Assembly: GCA_002269645.1 (NCBI GenBank)
Contig: NIVC01003000.1
Span: forward strand, 1 to 64,000
Source: Macrostomum lignano
Lineage: Eukaryota
Direction: 5' to 3'
Length of the DNA: 64,000 nt
The translations under genes were made by a program, and so were the position numbers. Below the pieces are notes generated by a model. The model saw only the letters and a list, made by a program, of their open reading frames with translations. It ran no database searches and was not told where the DNA came from. Each line of letters starts with the position of its first letter. The first letter of the stretch is position 1. Shown here one piece after another: positions 58,350 to 64,000 of the stretch.

Positions 58350-59494
58350 ACTAGCCGTACATTCTGCCAGAAGCTCCATCTTCAGCATCCTGCACGCTGG
58401 ACACCCGGGTATCGTCTAGATGGACCTTAAAGCCAAAGACTACTTCTACTGGCCAGGAATGCGCAACTGCATCGAGCGGACTGTTAGCCAGTGCGAGGCC
58501 TGTCAGCGGAACATGAAGGCGCAGTCGGAGACTCTGATGACCATTGATATGCCTGAGTTCCCGTTTCAAGTTTGCTCTACCGACCTGTTCGAGTACTGCG
58601 GTGCAACCTATCTGGTGTACGTGGACGCCTACAGCCACTGGATGAGCGTCACCCGACTGCGCTCGACGACCAGCAACGCCGTGGTGCAGGTGCTCCAAGA
58701 CCATTTCCAGAACTTTGGTGTGCCTGAGAAGCTCATCAGTGATAACGGTCCGCAGTTCTCGGCCGGGGAATTCCGCCAGTTCATCAAAAGATTTCAAGTG
58801 GAGCACCGCACGTCGAGTCCAACCTACCCGCAGTCGAACGGCAGAGCAGAGCGATATGTGCAGACAGCCAAGAATATGATGAAGAAGTGTCAGGAGACTG
58901 GTCAGAGCCTGGCCATGGCCCTTCTGCACTATCGTAACAAACACGCCAGTCGGTAGCGGCTTTCCAAGTCCCGCAGAGATGGCGTTCGGCCGCAAACTCC
59001 GGTGCGATTTTCCTACAGCGGTGCAGGATCTACAGCCTCGGGAGACCCCCGTGCACGCCAGCATTGAAGCCTTTGAGAAGCAACGGACCCAAGCAGCTCA
59101 ACTCTACAATCGCGGTGTCCGCGCACTGCAACGCTTGAAGGTCGGCGAACCGGTCTGGCTTCAATGCGTTCGTCGAGATTGGGCGGCTGCCGAGGTAGAC
59201 AACGAAGTTGACGGCAGCCCAAGGTCCTACTGGCTTCGCACCGAGTCGGGACAGCTACTCGGCTACAGCTATCGGCGGTTCATCCGGCCTCGTCAGATTG
59301 GCGTTCCGTTCTATGAGAGCTACCCGGAGGCCGGCGAGGATGGCGAGATAGAAGCGGATGTGCAGCCGGCACCTGTGCAGCCGGCACCTGTGCAGCCTGA
59401 CCAGTCGGAGTGCTCCGGTTCGGAACAGCCTGGATTCCGAACCAGGCGAGGTCGACTGGTACAACAGCCAAAGCGATACCAGGCCTCGTGGTGA
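58350..59494 (+). pseudogene. Ty3/Gypsy pol integrase fragment
   Basis: LHAGHPGIV*M...FYWPGM...CEAC (HHCC finger with TAG at ~58417), DLFEY, SDNGPQF, SNGRAERYVQTAK, frameshift near 58950, basic tail RTRRGRLVQQPKRY. No LTR pair found. Confidence 0.85.
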
Positions 59495-60085
59495 ACCAAC
59501 CCAGTGAACTGATAATTGATTGCGATTGACTGTATTGACTGTAATGGCGTATTGGCCGTTATACTATAATTGCGAGAAACTTTATCGTTAGTATAATCCT
59601 TGTTTTATTCCTGCTTTGCGACAAATATTTAAATGTTATCTCGAGCGACTTTGCAATGCAAGAACAAATATTTTATTTTAATGTTCCGTTAATTTTACTC
59701 TTCGAACTCGTAGGATTATCGTTAACTAATGTTGGGAGGTTTTGTGTGTGGCTTGTGTGCACTAATATTTACTCTCGCAATTTCGTGTACATCTATGTAC
59801 ACTGGCTCCCACCCCTTCTATGTACAGTGAAGTTCTCAACAATATATATCGGTGTTTACCCAGTGTCTGAGTCTAAGAGTTTTCTCGCTCGCTCGCAAAC
59901 ATGACTTGGCATTTATCATAACATGCACCACTCCGGTGGAAGCGCCTGTAGGACCTGTAGATGTTGGTAGGCCTGCTAGGAATCGTAGGCAGCCTGATAG
60001 GCTAATCGTTAATCCTAGGGCCAAAACGTATGTTAGCAGAATCGCCCGCATCCGTGCACAAAATAAAACGCATTACAACTTAGCG

Positions 60086-63000
60086 ATGTCTCGCCTTCCT
60101 AACAAGCGCACTGAGCGCTCGCCGCCGACAGAGGACGAAAACCGATCGGCCAATCGTCGGGTTCGATACGTGGCCACCTCTGTCCCAAACCTGCCGGCCC
60201 AAGCGATCGGCGCCGCGGCTGGGCAATATGAACCATTTGGAGGTTCTCCGGATGCGCCTCGGGTGCCGGTCCGCCTAAGACTAGGGTATCACCCGATCGC
60301 ACGGCCGACGTTGCCGCCGCCAGGACATCGCTCTCCGCCGCCCGAGCGTCGACCGCTGATGGAAATTCTGCGTCTTGACTTAGCTGCAGGGTGGTCCGTA
60401 GACACAGCGGGGAGGCGAGGGTCGCCCATTCCGCTAGCCCCTGAAGGCCCGCAGACAGGCAGAGGCGTGGGGCCGGTCAGGGTGGTCCGCCGGTCCGTCC
60501 TGCAGCGTGATCTTCCGTTGGGAAGAAACTGGCTCGTCTAGTCGCCCGAAGGAACTGGATGAGCCGTGGGATGCTGTCGGGCTGGCAGACCTCGTCAATG
60601 GACGGGTTCGGCCCGAGGTAGCGTAGCCGGTCTCTGTTAAAGAAAGGGCAGTGACAAACAAAGTGCTGAGCATCTTCATTGTCGTACTTGCAAAAGGGGC
60701 AAAGTTCGCTCTCGAGGTCACCTCGGAGGAAGCAGTGCCTGGCGAGGTAGCCATGGCCAGTAAGGGTCATGACAAGGGCTCGAATATCCTTCCGATTCAG
60801 GTTCAGAAGGATGTTTCTGAGCCTGCGAGACGGGCAGGGAACCGCGGCACGAGATTGCCGGCAGTTTTGAGTGCCCGCCCATCTGTCCCTGTGGAGGGAG
60901 TCAGCCCAGTCGTCGATCTGACGATTGATGACTGTCAAGGGCATAGGGACCAGGGTGGCAGGGCCGAAGAAAGAGCCAGAGCCGCCCCTCTTGGCGAGGG
61001 TGTCTGCCAGCTCGTTCCCCGGAAAGCCTGCGTGCCCCGGGATCCACTTCAGCCTGACAGTATTGCTACTGGCCAGGAGGTTGAGCTGCCGGGCGCAGTC
61101 GGCGACTGTCTGGGAGTTCGTTGTGGTGTGGCAAAGGGTCTGTAAGGCCGCTTGGCTGTCGGAGTGGATGACAATAGTCTTTCCTCTCGCACCCTTGGCA
61201 TTCAGCTCTGCAGCGCAAGAGCTGATGGCAAGGACTTCGTTCTGGAAGACTGTGGAGAGTCTACCAGTGTGCTGCGCATGCGTGGCAATTACGCGGCCGT
61301 CGATGATGATGCAGACCCCAAAGCCGGCGCGACCGTCTTTGATGGATCCGTCCGTGTAGCAATGGATCTCCTGGAATTTCCAGTGGTCATTTGCAGCATC
61401 CCTAGAGGGGATGGTGACTTTGTAGCGCTGAAAGAGGTTGAGAGTGCGGGGTTCGCCGTCAGATAGGACGTGGAGCCCGCCGCTGTCTCTCAAGTTCTTG
61501 AGGCATAGGTCGGCGTGGGGCAGAAGCTTGCGCTTCGCCATGGCCCTATGGGGCTGGATTCGAATGCCAGCGTCAGCTAGACGGCGGGCAGTCTTAGCCG
61601 CTTCCCTGCGGACAAAGATGTCCAGCGGAGGAATGTTGAGGAAGGCGTTGAGGCCATCGTAAGGAGCAGACGGAGGGGCGCTCATGATCATGCGACATGC
61701 GCGCCCTTGCGCTCTCCTGAGAGCCTCTAGACAGGTCTTTACCTGCAGGGCGCTAGCCCAGATCAGGCCGCCATACGAGATAGCGGGCCTAACCATTGCA
61801 GTGTAGATCCACCAGAAGCGCTTGGGGGTAAGTCCCTAGGTGGTGCCGACAGCCCTGCGCAGTTGCGCGAGGACTGCGAGGGCCTTCTTGGCTTTTGCTT
61901 GAACGTGGGGTGACCAGTTCAGCCTGTGGTCCAGGGTAATACCTAGTCTGCTTGCAGAAGGGGATTTCCCTTCCGTAAAGCGTGAGCGGCCGAATCTGCC
62001 ACTTGGTCCTGCTGGTGAACATGATCGCTGCGGTCTTAGTCTTAGAGAGCCTTAAACCACAGCGGTCCGCCCATTGCTCAGCGGCGTAGATGAATTTCTG
62101 AAGAAGGTTCCTGAGGGTATCAGGGGACGGACCAGATGACACCGCGGTGACATCGTCCGCATATCCAACTTTCAGAATGGGGTCAGGCCGAACATCCCGG
62201 AGGAGCTCATCGATGACCATATTCCAGAAAACTGGAGACAGCACCCCACCTTGCAGGCTACCTTTGCAGACGGGGACCGTCCTCTGGTAGCCCAGCAGAC
62301 TGGCGGTGGCCGTGCGATGGCTGATCATGTACATGATCCATCTGGTGAGATGTGAGTGCGTTTGCCTCTCACGAAAAGCTCTTCGGAACGCGTCAAAGAG
62401 GACGCTATCGAAGGCGCCAATGATATCCAGGAAGATCCCCAGAGCAAAGCCACTACCAAGCACGGCCTTCTCGAGTTTATCGACCAGGACGTGCAGCGCG
62501 CTTTCAGTGGAGCGACCCGCCCGAAAAGCGTGCTGGTTCTCGCTGAGAGGTTTGTTCTTCAGCTCAACAGAGTCAAGATGGAAATTCTGCGTCAGGAGCC
62601 GAGATGGGGCCAGAGGCACAACCGGCCCCCCGGTGCCCCCTGCGGGGATCGAGTCAACCCCACGGGCGAGGGAGACTCCGCCCCACTTCGACTCCTGCGC
62701 ACCGCTCCGACGCCGAGCTCCGCTGCCGGCATGATGCCTCCTAGCGAAGCGATCGGGCTGACTCTGGCCCAAGTCCGCTGGCAATTGGCTGCGCAGGGTG
62801 CCACTGCGACTCACGCTCCGCAAGCATCAGCTCCTAGTCCTCCAGCTCCGAAAGCCATGGTCGTCGACCCGACTCCACCGGTGCCGGGACCAAGGGAGCC
62901 GACGCAAAAGGCCGAAGCTATGACTCCACCCTGGCCTACGGTTTGCCGCGTGGTCGGGCCAGACTTACGTCTGGAACCGGCCTCGCCGCCTAACAGCAGC

Positions 63001-63766
63001 AGCACGCCACTGTCCCGGAGGACGCCCGGCCGGAGAGGAGGATGCCGGTCATGCAGCGGCTCAGACCTCCGACCATGAGTTGACCGAGGACAGCTTTCCC
63101 ACCTACTCGTGGAGCCAGCTCGCTGATGAACTGCGAGCTGCTTGTCCAGCGGCGCTTCCCAACTCGCCGCAGCCAGCTTTCACGGAGGACGCCGCCATCC
63201 AGTTTGTCAGCACGGGAGCATCCGGGCTGGACGTCGCCGGTATAGTCGGCTCAGGAGCATCCGGCCTGGACGTCGCCGGTACAGGAGCATCCGGCCTGGA
63301 CGTCGCCGGTGTAGCCGGCACTGGAAGGTTCGGCCAGAACGTCGCCGGTCTATTCGGCTCAGGAGCATCCGGCCTGGACGTCTCCGGTGTAGCCGGCTCG
63401 GGAGCGGACGGCCGGGGCATCATCGGCCTGATTGGCGGCCAGGCGCTGATTGACCAAGGGGCCACTTATGTCGCCGGCCTACTGGTCATGGCGGCCCAAG
63501 CCGGGGAGTGGCCCGACTTCGTGGAATGGCCGCACTGGGACCGGCTGCGTAGCCTAGCGGATGGTGAACACCAGGTCCTGATGAACAGTGCAGCCCGGCT
63601 TGCTCGTAGCGAGCTGGCACAGCCACGGCACCCGGAAGTTCTGCACGCGGTCACCGGTCTCATCATCCGCGCCATCGCAGGCCGCGCACCGGTGATGCCG
63701 GACATTATTGCTAGGTCCTGTGGAAATCAGAAAAAAACAATTAACAGCAACTCGCATGACAATTGA
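60086..63766 (+). pseudogene. Intronless GC-rich orphan ORF(s) interrupted by the LINE
   Basis: 60086-60374 joins 62594-63078 in frame once the LINE and one TSD are removed (774 nt, 257 aa). ORF 63080-63766, with GASGLDVAG repeats, follows immediately in another frame. Confidence 0.5.
60375..62576 (-). mobile_element. 5'-truncated non-LTR retrotransposon with RT, RNase H and C-terminal CCHC (LOA/I-group-like)
   Basis: RT: QHAFRAGRSTE, FLDIIGAFD, QGGVLSP, YADD. RNase H: YTDGS, EVLAI, SDSQAAL, WIPGHAG..GNELAD. CPFC...HFVCHC. Frameshift near 61945 and TAG near 61835. 17-bp TSD GATGGAAATTCTGCGTC at 60358-60374 and 62577-62593. Confidence 0.88.
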
Positions 63767-64000
63767 ATTCAAGACATTGCCCAGGGTGCTCCCAACTCCC
63801 GAGCCTTCGGCTCAGCCGGGCACCGGCATGTCAAAGGGCCCCTTTTGCTCACTTGCATTTGTTCTCGGTGCTGTATTTAGGCGCCTGTTTTCTGCGGGCT
63901 GGCGCCCCCGCTTCTATTTAGGGCTTCATTACGGCCTTCGCCCAGCTGAAATTGTCATAAAAACGGTTGCGGCGGATTCCGTTGCTCCCTTTTGCGCCGT

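Noticed and set aside
59500-60060. 3' LTR of the Gypsy fragment, and a second Gypsy tail (GRPARNRRQPDRL) near 59980
   Set aside because: No matching second LTR, PPT or TSD in the window; too little to delimit.

Overview
Eukaryotic (animal) genomic DNA; GC-rich exons plus a different minisatellite in almost every intron suggest a Macrostomum-like flatworm assembly (inference only). 1-44.5 kb is genic: the 3' part of a nicotinic acetylcholine receptor alpha subunit (+), a KIF12-type kinesin (+), a two-exon C2H2 zinc-finger gene with an uncharacterised N-terminal domain (-), and a 21-exon cytosolic carboxypeptidase of the AGBL2/3 type (+). 44.7-64 kb is a nest of mobile DNA whose ends I could resolve by eye: an internally deleted BEL/Pao LTR element; a Crypton-like tyrosine-recombinase remnant split by a 7.5-kb miniature Maverick/Polinton-like element (AGTAGT ends, ~430-bp TIRs, 6-bp TSD; integrase, tandem PC4-like gene and one orphan ORF, no polymerase or capsid), which itself carries a 1.56-kb non-coding TRIM-like LTR element with a tRNA-Glu PBS; a Gypsy integrase fragment; and a 5'-truncated RT-RNaseH LINE with a 17-bp TSD splitting an orphan ORF. 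Best candidates for something new: the mini-Maverick/TRIM/Crypton nest, and related minisatellites in inverted orientation on both sides of specific exons (potential RNA fold-back). Most long ORFs in the supplied track are tandem-repeat artefacts. All coordinates were read by eye and no database search was run.
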